From positions 165,396-229,395 of the forward strand of contig NIVC01000322.1 in NCBI GenBank assembly GCA_002269645.1: a DNA stretch of 64,000 nt, read 5' to 3'. Positions within the stretch are counted from its first letter, which is position 1. Each line of letters begins with the position of its first letter. This DNA comes from Macrostomum lignano. Its lineage: Eukaryota. Position numbers and translations under genes: made by a program. Below the pieces are notes generated by a model. The model worked only from the letters and a program-made list of their open reading frames with translations, did no database searches and had not been told where the DNA came from. Positions 1 through 12,849 of this stretch are shown here, in pieces.

Positions 1-133
1 TCCCCAGAAAGCAAGCATTCCCTAGATAGTAAGCATTCCCAAGATATCAAGCATTCCCCAGATAGAAAACACCCCCTAGATAGCAAGCAAAAGCAAGCAT
101 TCCCCAGATATCAAGCATTCCCCAGATAGCAAG
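1..133 (+). repeat. Minisatellite, ~19-21 bp unit GATAGCAAGCATTCCCCA
   Basis: Tandem copies from the window start; the same array resumes at 1080 after an insertion. Confidence 0.95.
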
Positions 134-281
134 TGTGGTATCTGGCCTGTTGAGTGCTCTTGCACTTTTTGAGTTGTTTTGCGTGCGCCCTAGGCGGCCA
201 TACCCAGACCAGTTCTGGCTGGTTGGGGGAAGGGGGGGGGGCGCTCGGCCCAGCTTGATTCTTTCCCGGCGGCGGCCACTG

Positions 282-433
282 ATTGGCTGGGCTTGTGTTT
301 TTGTGTTTTTCTTTTTGGCCCCCAGTCAATCAGATCTGCTCGGTGGGCACGCTGATTGGCTGAGGGGTCGTCTCTTTTGTTTGGCGTCTCTCTCTCGCGC
401 TGTCTGCCCCTCTACCCTGTTAAGTGGTATATA
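282..433 (+). promoter_or_regulatory. Putative LTR U3 promoter (two inverted CCAAT boxes plus TATA)
   Basis: CTGATTGGCT at ~279-288 and ~352-361; TATATA at 428-433. Confidence 0.5.
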
Positions 434-521
434 GTGCTCAAGCCTGGCCCAGTCAGCTCCCCGCTCACCGTTCCGCGCCCCGTGCCTAACTCTTCAAACT
501 AACCTAGCGATATTCAAGCGA

Positions 522-566
522 GACGTAAAGACGGTCTCTTACTGCGAAGAATCTTAATTTTGCATG
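522..566 (+). other. Spliced-leader exon-like copy 1 (45 nt, ends in ATG)
   Basis: GACGTAAAGACGGTCTCTTACTGCGAAGAATCTTAATTTTGCATG versus the M. lignano SL as I recall it, GCCGTAAAGACGGTCTCTTACTGCGAAGACTCAATTTATTGCATG: a 27-nt identical run plus the terminal TTGCATG. Not followed by a GT donor. Confidence 0.8.
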
Positions 567-580
567 CGATACTCAAGCGA

Positions 581-627
581 GCCGTGTCTATACGGTCTCT
601 TACTGCGAGGACTCAATTGATTGGAAG
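581..627 (+). other. Spliced-leader exon-like copy 2
   Basis: GCCGTGTCTATACGGTCTCTTACTGCGAGGACTCAATTGATTGGAAG. The 5' stem CCGT/ACGG is kept, the loop differs and the terminal ATG is lost. Confidence 0.75.
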
Positions 628-1079
628 CAAATAAAGCGGTCAAGTGGTGGCGATATTCGAACGAGCTCCACAGTTTCTGGCACCGGTAAGACCCCCGAGT
701 TCATTCGCTTCTTTAGCTTTTCCGAGGCCTTGCCGTAGCAGTGGTTCCATAACTAGAGCGTCATCACGCCTGCGACTGTGATCACTGCAGCACAGCAGCG
801 TTGTATATTGTGTATTATTGTAGTACTGTACCGGTTACTTTATATAGTGTGTACAACCTACAGTATCGAAAATAGAAGCACTCGAGAGTGTCACCACACC
901 TCGAGCCGCAGCGTGAACTCTGAGTGTCACAACACCAGAGGGATCGAACTATTATCGCAGAGCGTCGTCACGCCTGCTCGTATCCATAAAAGTACAGACA
1001 GAGCGTCACTACGCCTGTTATATTACATATAATATATTGTACTCGAGACTGGGCACCCAAACCGACCCGGGTCACGACA

Positions 1080-1427
1080 CAAGCATTCCCCATGATAGCA
1101 AGCATTCCCCAGATAGCAAGTATCTCCCCGATAGCAAGCATCCCTAGATAGCAAGAACCGATCCCCCTCCCAGATAGCAAGCATTCCCCAGATAGCAAGC
1201 ATCCCTAGATAGCAAGAACCGACCCCCAAAAAAAGCAAGCATTCCCCAGATAGCAAGCATCCCCAGATAGCAAGCACCCCATAGATAGCAAGCACCCCTC
1301 CACAAAAAAGCAAACATTCCCCATATAGCAAGCATTCCCCATATAGCAAGCATTCCCCAGATAGCAAGTATCTCCCCAGATAGCAAGCATCCCTGGATAG
1401 CAAGAACCGACCCCCCTCCCAGATAGC
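1080..1427 (+). repeat. GATAGCAAGC minisatellite, continuation
   Basis: Tandem copies of the same unit as 1-133. Confidence 0.95.
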
Positions 1428-2399
1428 AATCTAGTAGTAGTCTCTTAGTCATCGAATGTAATAATTTTATCATCTATGTGCGATAATCCTTTTGTCATCT
1501 AGTGCAGTAATGGTTTTCTCATGTATTGCATTAATCACTTTTTTCAGCCAGTGCAATAATCCATGTCTTAGCTAGAGATAAATAATTTAACTTTTAGTAT
1601 GGCATTGTATGCATTACTATTTTACTATTAGTAAAAATGAACTACAACTATTCGATCTTGTGCTCCTGGTTTTCATAAAAATCATTGGAAATCTATAATC
1701 CTACTTAGCAGTCTGTACAGCAACTTTTTAATTTTTTATATACAGTGCAATGAATGTTGGTATATTTATTATGCACTACTCAAAATAGTACAGAGTAGCG
1801 CATGAGAAAATACAAAAATCGCAAGTCCACAGCCGGTACGTCTAGCCTAGCGGGGGCCCACGGTGGATCCACTTGGCTAGCCAGGGATGTCAAGTTGCAG
1901 GGCCAGCCGTGCATTGAGTCCGACACACAAACTCAGGTCAGGACTGGGGTCTGAGGACCTGTCGACAGTGGCGTCTCAGTGGCCATCGACATGACAGCTT
2001 CATGACATCGATATGGACGTTGGCCAGGGCCTGCGGCTACATCTGTGAAGAACGCGGTTGCGACGCCCAAGACCCGAAAAGAAGAACTGCAGCATGAGGA
2101 CCGAAAAAACAATAACGGGACAGGTAGTCCATTTTAAGAAATCAAACAAAAAATATAGCCTGCTTATTATCCTGTTTTCAATACATATTAAAAACGAAAC
2201 CTCTGTCTGTGTGTCTGGCTGTACATGGATTGCTATGGACTCCCAAACCGCACAATCAAATGACACCAAATTTTGCACCCATCGTAAACTCATTACAGAG
2301 AAGGCTTTAGGTTACCTTGGAATCTCCTAATTTTAACTCTTCCTACTTAAAAGTGCAAAAGACTGCTAGCAAAACACGATTTTTTTAACTCAATCCTCC

Positions 2400-3140
2400 A
2401 TAGCGTTGATCCACTTGCCCTTCACAGAAGCAGTATTCAACGAGGCATTGCTGCGCATTGAGGACAAATTTTAGAACTGACAGATCGTCCCTTAAACGTT
2501 TTTGGACTTCCAGCACCTGGAAAAACATCAACAAGAGAATTTGAGTAGGAAGATGCTGCGAGAAACTAGCTTTGACCGCGAGCAGCTTCGTCAGTTCATT
2601 GAGGAAAATGAGCCCCGTCTACTACCTGAGCAGGCAGAGGCGTACCAAGAAGTACTGCAAAAAGTGAATAACAATGTAGAAGGAATACTTTTCCTGGATG
2701 CTCCAGGGGCGACAGAAGAAACTCTTCTGATTAACCTCCTTCTGTCAAAGGTTAGACACGGAGGCGATATTGCAGTTGCTGTCGCTTCCTCTGGAATCGC
2801 AGCCATGCTACTTCAAGGTGGTTGCACTGCTCACTCAGAACTAAAATTGCCACTTGATCTGTCAAGACCTGACGCTAAAGGAACTGCGCAGCAACAACCA
2901 GCTCATGGATGGTGTCACCCTGCTGCTCTATGGAGACTTTAGACAGACGTTGCTTGTAATTCCGCGCGGCACCCCAGCCCAAGATGAGATCAATGATTGC
3001 CTCAAATCTTCTCATCTGTGGCCATCAGTTGAAAAGCTGCACTTGCGAACCAACGTCAAGGCTGCAGTTTATGGCGATGAAACGGCTCATCAATTTTCTA
3101 TTAATCTCTTGGAGGTCTGTCCTGTTGTGAATTTGTAACT
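2400..3140 (+). pseudogene. Helitron RepHel PIF1-like helicase relic, copy 1
   Basis: Translations EAVFNEALLRIEDK, FGLPAP, FLDAPGATEET (decayed Walker A), VASSGIAAMLLQGGCTAHS, YGDFRQTLLVIPRG, EINDCLKSSHLW; broken by frameshifts and stops. Confidence 0.9.
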
Positions 3141-4724
3141 CAATGTACTTGCCCATACGGTAGCTCTCTCTCCCTCTGCCCACCCTCCCCGCCCTTCAAT
3201 GCTAACAACTTATTGTGAGCTATTTTCATAAAGTACTTAATTAATTTTGGGTGCCACTGCACTAGACCTAATCAATTGATGAATTATTATTGTAGTTGTT
3301 TAGCCTTTGTCTGCGATTTTCTCACCCCTGATTATTATTATCCCTCCCTTTCCGTGCCCTCTCATTGGCTGTCACTGTTATCTGCAATTCTTGTTTTCTA
3401 CCCCTAGTCGCGTTCTGTGTGGCTGCAGCCAATCCCCGCTCGATCTCTCTGCCCACCCCGCCTTTTCTCTTACCCTGCAGCTTTTGCCCCACCCCATGTT
3501 GTACTGACATATTTATTGGTGTGCGCTCCTGTCCCCTCCCCCTCGCTGACCTTTTGATCGTTTCTCCTCTGGCTCCTTCGCCGCTCCGACCATAACCAAT
3601 AAAAACAATATACAATCGTGCTAGCAATCGTATACAAACATAGACGCTTTGAGCACCGAGTGAGCAACCTACGCCCCAGTAAGTATCGTTTTGCTTTTGT
3701 TATTTGGGCTCTAGTACCATTAGGTCATCGTCACCAGGGCCTGGGCGTTCGCTGCCACCCTGGTTGCCGGCCTTCTGCCCGCCGTTTGTGCGACAGTGGG
3801 TTGGCAAGCAGCAGGACTGGGGCTGAGTCTCCCTGCTCGTACAGAGCGCGAGACGAAGCTGGCTGGTCCGTCTCGGGATATCTTCTGTGCAGGAGCTCTC
3901 AGAGTACAGAGTAGCGCATGGGAAAACACAAAAAATCGCAAGTCCACAGCCAGACCGGAAACAGGTGGCCGGAATCAACTTGGGGTCATCCCGTTTCTCT
4001 CACATGGCCAACTTTATGTTGCATGCTCACGCGTTGAAATCTACAGCTAGCCTCTTCCTCTGCTCCCCGGGGGGGGGGGAATTTGGTGTATCTTCAAGCA
4101 CTGCGATAAGCATCTGTGAAAGTCATTACAACTGGACTACATTCACAGACTGCATGGACTATAATATAGAAATTTTTCTAAGTCCAAGTTTTTTACGAGC
4201 TACATTTATCAGAAATACGAAGTTCCCTACTTTAATACGAGTAAATTTCTTGGTTACTAAGTTTTCAAACGTTCTTGACACAAGGGACCAACCCCAGAGC
4301 ACGAAACTCAAAGACATTGGTTGAACTATTTGTTGCGAACCTTCTGAAGCAAGCATCAAGTAACCTTCCCTCCAGACCAGAATAGAAATTTGGCTTTGAT
4401 TTGCTAAGAAATTGGCAACTTCAATACTAAATATCATTTTATCACTCCTCACACATGTTCCCTATCCAATTTTGCATTGTCTAGCATATTTACTCTGCTT
4501 AGCTTCTCTATAGTACTTAGACACTATTGTTAATTTTTCCGATTTCTCGATGTTAGGAGTCTCATATTCTATTCTACGAGCTATTCTAGAAGTATACTTT
4601 TTAAAGCGAGTTTTCTCCAAGTTTTGTTTAAGTCTATTAACAAGTTCTTGTTTGAGTATGATTTTAGATTCGAGAATGTATGCAAAAATAGTTCCGGGGA
4701 TCGGAATTCTGCGGGTTTCAACGG

Positions 4725-5700
4725 CTTATAGACTTATAATGAAGAAAAGCCAAGGGAGGCAAGAGAGGCAAGGCTGGAGAAAACTTAAGCATGCACAAAT
4801 AATGAGGCAGCCAAGACAATGGAATCCAGCAAACATGTAGGGACCTCCAGTGGAATGCAGCAACGTAGGAAAAATTTACAGTAGCCATTAACCATTTCAA
4901 AGTTAATTGAAGCTCACCGGCGAGGCGGCTGACAGGGGAAGGTGGCTGCAGCCGGAGAATATTTGATGAGCCCAGCACAGGGGCCACTCTTGTGGAGGAG
5001 ACCGACGGCCAACCCCGAGGAACGTAGCAACCGAGGGATGGACGCGCGGACAAGAGGGCAGTGAAAGACTTCCCCCAAATACTCTAACTCAACCAGAGTA
5101 AATTGATGAGTCTAACCGCCTCACCCTCGCCCCCTCCCCGTAGCAACTCGCGTGTTAAATGCTAATCCTATTGCAAGCGCTGTTTGTGAAAAACTTGCCG
5201 TCGCTAACCACGCGACATCCAACTCAAACCATCAACGGCAGGGGATGAAATTGGGGGTATTTTTGAGAATAGACGGGAGCTCAGCCCTAGGGGCACTTCT
5301 TTCTTCCTCGCTTTTAAGGAGCTTAATTCACAAACTGAAGTCCCATGCTCTATTTGAGTTAACGACAAAGATGAGACAAGGAATTGAGAATATAAAAAAC
5401 CGCCATCTCGGTTGTAAGCTCTCAAGAACACAGCAGAATCCACTAGAACTAGAAGATGGCATAACATTAGAAAAATAGAGTCTTGCATGAGCGATTCCCC
5501 CTATGAGTCCATTTCAGTAATTACCCATGAGCCTTGAATCTCAACAATTACCCATTATAAGCCTCATAAATTCCCGCCCGAGCCTTGACAGCAAAACAAT
5601 TTACCCTGTGAGTCTCATGACATCTTAGCAATTTACAATGAGTCATTTATGTTGGACAGGGTGAAGTCAAGTCTCAGTTGCAATGCAGTCTTGTTCGAAT
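4725..5700. repeat. Duplicated block, homologous to 13550-14525
   Basis: Shared strings such as AAGCCAAGGG..GAGGCAAGGCTGGAGAAAACT and CCGCCATCTCGGTTGTAAG.TCTCAAGAACACAGCAGAATCC; ends in degenerate ~30-bp repeats. Confidence 0.85.
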
Positions 5701-5734
5701 GTAATTTGTTGTTCGAATCGTTAATTTTTCGATA

Positions 5735-6547
5735 ATTAAAATTAGATGCACTCATACATTCATTTGAGCAATCTTTGACCCGCGAAGCCACTTGGTGGGG
5801 TAATGCGAACCGGCCTTACACGGATAGCTTCTCAGAAATGATCCATCATCGAGTACACAGTGTTGCTTGGCGTTGTATAAAAACTCCAAACTACGAAAGA
5901 ATGATTACAAGTAGCTTTTGATGCAAACTGTTTGTGCATCAGACTATTACTGAGCTGAGGTCAACTATATTTAAGAAGATCAAACAGATTTTAAATTAAA
6001 ACTGACTGCAGTTTCGTTTATGGCAGAGATTTATTTAAAAATTGAAGTAGAAGCTTGTCTCATGAACAAGCTGCAGCATCAAGTTAATAGCTGGATTTTT
6101 AATTGTGGCTTCACGCTCGACAAGTGCCGAAGAAAACTGTATTGAATGCACGGTACTAGGGATTTGTGCTTTTAAAAAAGTAAATGTATGTATGAGCAAG
6201 GTAGTAGTATCTAGTGCGTCGTAATAAAATTCGTTAATAACTATAAAAAATTGATTTGATAAAACCAACAGACAGAGATCCACAGACACTACAATGGAGC
6301 CCTTTTAAACATCTGCCTTCCGGCAGCTATTGATTATTATTCGGCCCTTATATTAGAGTATTTTGAATACATTGCGTAAGGTTTGTTAATAATTTAACAA
6401 AAATCTGTGCACTGTAAGCAGACGGGATGTTTGAATTATGACATGCGGTTATATAAAAAATTTGGACGCTTACACACAGTTGTGACGAGCACTTTTGATT
6501 TGTCCATCCGGTTCCTCTTACTTGGCGGTGCCTGCAGTGTCTCAGAA
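5735..6547. repeat. Lectin 3' flank, duplicated at 17132-17808 and partly at 23110-23417
   Basis: Near-identical strings (AAAATTAGATGCACTCATACATT, GAGCAATCTTTGACCCGCGAAGCCACTTGG) occur in both of the first two copies. Confidence 0.85.
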
Positions 6548-7290
6548 TCAGTTAAAAGGCGACAGGCACTCGCACAGAACATTCGGAACAGCACCGTATG
6601 TGTCGCTACTATCCGTGAGACCCATTTTATTGACTTGTCTCGCGATTACATTTTCTCCGCCACCGTTGTTATTCGGCTGGTCAGTGGCCCAAAAAGCGGG
6701 ATCAACGTTGATGTTGCAGCCGACCCAGTACCAGCCGCCCAGAGGCTCCGCACTACCTTCTGGCTGAAGTCCTCCGAGCCAGAAGTTCGAATTACTACCA
6801 TTGGTGAAGATCCAGTCCACGTGGCTCATCTCTTGCTCGCTGGTCACGTCGGCCATGATGACCAGACCGCTCTCTGACTCGCACTTCTGCCTGCTCGGCA
6901 ACCACGTCCCGATGCCAGAGTACAGCCTGTACTTCACTCCGCACAGGTCCATGCCGTAGCCAGACGGACACAGCGCGCCCGCCTCGAGCCCCGGCCGCTG
7001 CTTGACGAACACCCGGCCTCTCCTGGAGCAGCCGCAGCTCCTCACCGACTTGCTGCACTTGTCGAACACGAACAGCTGGCACGGATCCTTGGCAGGGTAA
7101 ACGCCTGACAGCGCTGGTTTTGGGCGCACAGAGCGGCGCACCCGAATTTGTTGAGTGCGCTTGAGTAGGTCTCAACAAACTCATCGTTGATGCAGAGGCT
7201 GCCGTCAATGAGGCTGTACACCTGTTCGCTGGCTGTGGCGAGGCCGAGTACAAGACTCATCCAGGCCACAATATTCGATACGCTGGTCAT
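6548..7290 (-). pseudogene. Secreted PAN/Apple + C-type lectin, copy 1 (1-bp frameshift)
   Basis: Paralog of 23418-24161. The N-terminal frame (MTSVSNIVAW...CQAFTL) and C-terminal frame (AKDPCQLF...VLCECLSPFN) are joined by a 1-nt deletion near 7094. Could be an assembly error. Confidence 0.85.
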
Positions 7291-8394
7291 TTTTGCTCGT
7301 AGCGTCGGTAAGGCTGCTGGGTTTTTTAATTTGTCAGAGTAATACAAATAAACCATGTAAATTGCTTTTAGCAGTAAAATTTCCAACAACTAGCCGATTA
7401 TATTTGCTTTTTTCTGACCAATCATGTGCTAGCTTTCTTGGGAAATTTTTCATTGGTGGAAGTGAAAAAGAAAATGAGGTGAGTGTCACACCATGTTGAC
7501 TGTGCCTTGGCCCTGGCAACCACGTGCACCGATGCCGCGCAGGGGGATCCGGTGGTGCCGGTGTCCGCAGCGGTGTGCCTCTCTGGAGAGTCCTGCAGGT
7601 GAATGGTCGCTCGCCCGGTAGCCCTAAGGTATCGAGGCCGAGCTGGCAGATATTTTCGGGTCTGAAAACGTCAAAGAACGTCCGGGTTTGTGCCCGAGGT
7701 AGGCGGGGCATTCACAGATGAAGTGCTGCACATTCTTGACACTGGAGATGCAGAATGGGCATCCTCACTGCAGATTTTCCCATGGAGGTAGCGTTTTTTA
7801 GCAAAGCACCCATGACCTGATAGGGCCATTGCTACCGGGCCTTGGTGTCCCTGCCGTTGAGTCCTAGCAGGGTCCTACGGAACGGGAGAGGGACAGGGGA
7901 TTGCAACAAAGACTCCCCCAGTGGGAGCCAGAGAAAGAAATATTTTAGCTCCAGAGTGCCCCAGACGAGACCTTACCAAACGAAAATTAAATTCTTTTCT
8001 GGGTTCTTTTGACCACTTTGACCTCCCCGATATGGGTCCCCCATTTCAGTTGAGCCTTGACATCTTAGCAATTCCCCCAGCCTTAACATCTCATGTTATA
8101 TGTGCGCTATATGAACTATTGCGTATAAGACGCACGTTAAATTTCATCAATTCATTATGTGCTAGAATTGAGAGCTCTTAATGAGCCGCCACTAAAAGAA
8201 AGAGAAAGAACAAGCCACTGCTGCAGGATAAAAAAGAAAGTACGTTGGTAACTCGCTACAATTAAACAATCACATACTTCGACTTTAATGTCGTTAATCT
8301 AGAAGAGTCCATCGAAACGGAAATAATAGTCATAGAAGATGCAGAAGACATAACATCTCAAGAATTCCCTCAGAGATATTTGAAATCTCAGCAA

Positions 8395-8964
8395 TTCGAT
8401 CCCCCAATAGCAAGCATCCCCCAGATAGCAAGCATCCCCAGATAGCAAGCACCCCCAGATAGCAAGCATACACCAGATAGCAAGTACCCACCAGACAGCA
8501 AGCACCCCACCCCAGATAGCAAGCACCCCACCCCAGATAGCAAGCACCCCACCCCAGATAGCAAGCACCCCCTAGATAGTAAACACCCTCCAGATAGCAA
8601 GCACCCCACCCCAGATAGCAAGCACCCCACCCCAGATAGCAAGCACCCCACCCCAGATAGCAAGCACCCCCTAGATAGTAAACACCCTCCAGATAGCAAG
8701 CACCCCACCCCAGATAGCAAGCACCCCACCCCAGATAGCAAGCACCCCACCCCAGATAGCAAGCACCCCACCCCAGATAGCAAGCACCCCACCCCAGATA
8801 GCAAGCACCCCACCCCAGATAGCAAGCACCCCACCCCAGATAGCAAGCACCCCACCCCAGATAGCAAGCACCCCACCCCAGATAGCAAGCACCCCACCCC
8901 AGATAGCAAGCACCCCACCCCAGATAGCAAGCACCCCACCCCAGATAGCAAGCACCCCACCCCA
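8395..8964 (+). repeat. GATAGCAAGCACCCCACCCCA 21-bp minisatellite
   Basis: Homogeneous tandem array; resumes at 10633. Confidence 0.95.
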
Positions 8965-10632
8965 CCCGGCGGTAAAAATCACGTCGAAATGACGTCGATA
9001 TTCGCCTTTTAAAGACTATCGCCGAATTAGTTGTCGGTTGAACCTTCATTCGACGTCGAAATTTCGATATGAATTATTTTATCTTCTCATTTGCCAAATA
9101 TATCATTTATGATATTTTACAATGTTTTCTTCAACGTGATTGCGAGTTTACAAAATTGACCTAAAAATTCAGTACAACAGAGGTTATATTTTTTGTTTTA
9201 ACTCAGCGCTAGATACGCGCATTTTTTAAAATATCGCCATGCGATGTCGATTTATTATTTTTGATGCCTAACTTATATACATAAATGTTTAACTTATACT
9301 TCTGTATTACGCATGGCAGCTTCTTCCTTTCAATGCATTTTTTATATTTGTCGCTGTATTAATGTGTGATTGTGTGTCATAAATTGTGTGTATAATTTGG
9401 TTTAACATAATATTGCTGCCTAGAGTTTTAATCGTTTATATATGTATAAGCGAATCAATAAAGTAGCCATAAATTTTTTATTGTTTGTTTTGCTGTCATT
9501 GCTGTTAATTATCTTTCCAGTCAAGAGGAACAACAAAGATAATTGTTCATTTTCCTCTTTTATTTGCTTTGCTGTTATTGTTACTTCTCATTTTTTATTT
9601 CACATTTTACATTTTTGAGTGTAGTTCTAGTTAGACTCAATATCATCTTTTGTCCATTATGTCATGCTTTTGCTAGTTCTTTATCAAGTCAAAATTGCAG
9701 AAAGTAAAGAAGTTGTAGTTTGTGTTTGTAGCATATGCTCATAGTTACAGTAAAAACTAAATTGCAATGGCCAAATAATTGCTGAGCTCTAAGCAAAAGA
9801 AGAAATAATTAAAATAAAGACTGATAGAATAAATATATTTTGTATGTAGTTTTTATAATTGCTTATAAACCCTACCGTTCTTTAGTATGATGCTATTAGA
9901 TGTATGTAGTTTAGTATATCAGAGCAGACCATTTTTAGTATATATATTTTGAGATTAGAGATTTAGTATAGGTGCATTTATTATATTTAGATGTTGCTAT
10001 TGATTAAGTGTAACTACTGTATTAAATGTATACTCTGTTGCCATTGCGTGTATCCGTGTATCATTGCTCACAGTTTTTCATCGTTTTTTTCTCATCGTTG
10101 CTTTCTGTTCGCAATTGCTGGATGCCGATTTCCATGATCGTTTCCAATTGCTGCTGAATTGGAATTGAATACACGGTACTATACTTTTTTCATGGTTGCA
10201 AGATTATTGCAATTTGCGCGGATAGCAAATGAAACGTCAGCCCTAATTAGCATTTTTATGCCTTAACACTTCTTTTACTGCTTAGAGTATTTCAGCGTAT
10301 GAGTTATAAAACTTATGTTCCGTCAGCTGTAAGTTACGTACATGTAGTTTATGGCTAATTGTATGAAACATTGCTCTAGCATATTAATAATATTAAGTAC
10401 TAGTATTAATAGCCATCATATTAAAATCGAAAATTTGTCGAAAATCGCCATTTACTTTCTGTGATCGACGAGTATAAACGACGTCGATTTTTCGCCATCA
10501 ATAGTGGAAAACACGACGTCGCATACTCGACATCTGATGGCGAAAATTTCGACGTCGAAATCGTGGTTCAAATCGACATGAAATTTCGACGTCGCTTTTC
10601 GACGTCATTTCGACGTGATTTTTACCGCCGGG
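8965..10632. mobile_element. Non-autonomous TIR transposon, CMC/EnSpm-like (1668 bp)
   Basis: Perfect 34-bp TIRs CCCGGCGGTAAAAATCACGTCGAAATGACGTCGA, 2-bp CA duplication, subterminal CGACGTCG repeats, AT-rich non-coding interior. Confidence 0.85.
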
Positions 10633-10750
10633 CAGATAGCAAGCACCCCACCCCAGATAGCAAGCACCCCACCCCAGATAGCAAGCACCCCACCCCAGAT
10701 AGCAAGCACCCCCTAGATAGTAAACACCCTCCAGATAGCAAGCACCCTAG
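10633..10750 (+). repeat. GATAGCAAGC minisatellite, continuation
   Basis: Array resumes in register after the TIR element. Confidence 0.9.
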
Positions 10751-10947
10751 CACCTAAGCGTTGCTTGTGCAATAATCCTTTTCTTAGCTAATGATAAAGA
10801 ATTTAACTTATTTTATTTTATGACATTTTATGCTTTACTATTTTAATATTCGTAAAAATACGTTATAACAATAAGATATTTTGCTCCTGATTTTCCTAAA
10901 AGTCATTTTTTGCCTATCTATAATCCTACTTAGCGATCGGAATAATC

Positions 10948-12530
10948 GGGAGTACGAGATCTGCAGGAAATCTGCTAGCCGAAGTTTGCTAGCGAGAAAT
11001 TTGCTTGCCGAAATCTGCTAGCCGAAGTTTGCTAGCCGAAATCTGCTAGCCGAAGTTTGCTAGCCGAAATCTGCTAGCCGAAATCTGCTAGACGAAATCT
11101 GCTAGCCGAAGTTTGCTAGCGAGAAGTTTGCTAGCCGAAATCTGCTAGCCGAAATCTGCTTGCCGAAATATGCTAGCTGAAATATGCTAGCCGAAATATG
11201 CTAGCCGAAATATGCTAGCCGAAATATGCTAGCCGAAATATGCTAGCCGAAATATGCTAGCCGAAATGTGCTAGCCGAAATCTGCTAGCCGAAATATGCT
11301 AGCCGAAATCTGCTAGCCGAAATGTGCTAGCCGAAATATGCTAGCCGAAGTTTGCTAGCCGAAATCTGCTAGCCGAAATCTGCTAGCCGAAGTTTGCTAG
11401 CCGAAATCTGCTAGCAGGAAATTTGCTAGCTGCCTTGCTCTCGTAGCTGTTGCATGTTATTTGCTGTGTTTTGATTCCGATTTGAGCTGCTTTGATTCGT
11501 ACGAGTAAATATATAACTTATATACCATATACTGCCACTACCAGCCATTAAGACTGAAAGTTGTGTGTATAGATAAGTTTAAATTTAACTACCTGAACTA
11601 CAGCTGCCTGTGCTACCTGAACTACGGCCTTACAGCTGATGATGCTAAAACATTATCAAATGTCTACGAGTAAAATAGGACAAAAAATATAAATGATTTT
11701 GATGATTTCCAAGTGCAGTTTTAGCATGTACAGTACTTTAGCATACAGTAACACACATGTTGGTGTACAGTATCTATTGCTAGATACATGTATGTCCAAG
11801 GTACAATTTACTATAGCTATATGTATTGTTAATGTATAGATATTTTCCATCGCTTACGGCACTGTGTACAAGCAAAAACTCTATGCAGGTGTGGCCCACA
11901 AGCTCTTACCCTGTGATCATGGATGTAATATATTTTCTTTATTCAATAGCTTGTATATGAACTTTTCAATCCACCTACGTTAAAACCTAAATCTTATTTT
12001 CTTTTTGTCTATGACGTCATCTACTGATTGCGTTTTAACACGTACATGTACGAGAACCCACGGCGAAGGCTAGGCGGCAGATTAAGTCGTCCAGATTGGA
12101 CAATAAAAAATGTCTCTAGCAAATTACAACTTCGTAAATTGCTGTTCGCCGGTTTTGGTTAGATTATCGCTAGCAGATTTCGGCTAGCAAAATCCTCGCT
12201 TGCAAAATTCCTGCTAGCAAACTTCGGCTAGCAGATTTCGGCTAGCAGATTTCGGCTAGCGGATTTCGGCTAGCAGATTTCGGCTAGCAAACTTCGGCTA
12301 GCAGATTTCGGCTAGCACATTTCGGCTAGCACATTTCGGCTAGCACATTTCAGCTAGCAAACTTCGGCTAGCAGATTTCGGCTAGCACATTTCGGCTAGC
12401 AAACTTCGGCTAGCAGATTTCGGCAAGCAAATTTCTCGCTAGCAAACTTCGGCTAGCAGATTTCGGCAAGCAAATTTCTCGCTAGCAAACTTCGGCTAGC
12501 AGATTTCCTGCTAGCAAATTTCATAGACCC
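10948..12530. mobile_element. Foldback/Mutator-like non-autonomous element with tandem-repeat arms
   Basis: Arms of 14-bp GCTAGCCGAAATCT repeats in inverted orientation (10960-11430, 12165-12520). Ends GGGAGTACGAGA/TTCATAGACCC, flanked by 8-bp GAATAATC on both sides. It interrupts sequence that is contiguous at ~1690-1790. Confidence 0.85.
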
Positions 12531-12849
12531 GAATAATCTCCACCAGTAAATTTTTATATTAGCATACTCAGGACAATGAATGTTGGTATATTTATTATGT
12601 ACTACTCAAGAAAGTTTACCACTTGGCTAAGCTCAGAATGTCAAGTTGCGGGGCCAGGCGTGCGTTCAGACGGGACTGAGGACCTCAACAGTGACGTCTC
12701 AATGGCCTTCGACATGACAGCATCATGATATCGATATGGCCTGCAGCTACATCTGTGACGTACGCGGTTGCGGCACCCAAGATCCGAAAAGGAGGACTGA
12801 AGCATGAGGGGCGAACAAAACTTATCTCGTATGCCATAACGAAACGAGA

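Larger units (their letters stand above)
134..1079 (+). mobile_element. Solo LTR (Gypsy-like, 946 bp) inserted into the minisatellite
   Basis: TG...CA ends (TGTGGTA.../...TCACGACA) and a 4-bp target duplication CAAG at 130-133 and 1080-1083. Internal order: ATTGG boxes (282, 355), TATATA (428), AATAAA (630). Confidence 0.8.

Noticed and set aside
522-700. Functional SL RNA gene
   Set aside because: Neither SL copy is followed by a GT donor, and the only Sm-like string (AGTTTCTGG, 672) lies upstream of the donor at 686, which is the wrong order.
752-1019. Three AGAGCGTCRYYACGCCTG direct repeats with unique sequence between them, CRISPR-like at first glance
   Set aside because: Spacing is irregular (~185 and ~20 bp), there are no cas genes, and they lie within a eukaryotic LTR.
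3290-3900. Possible second solo LTR (CCAAT, AATAAA, donor-like site)
   Set aside because: I could not find matching TG...CA ends with a target duplication.
4080-4700. Possible decayed retroelement coding sequence
   Set aside because: No recognisable motif in any frame.
8330-9049. Long ORFs over the 21-bp minisatellite (also 22698-23126, 29328-29663, 34619-35215, 38075-39352, 39397-39940, 49761-50147, 62926-63932)
   Set aside because: Artefacts of stop-free tandem repeats, with several frames open at once.
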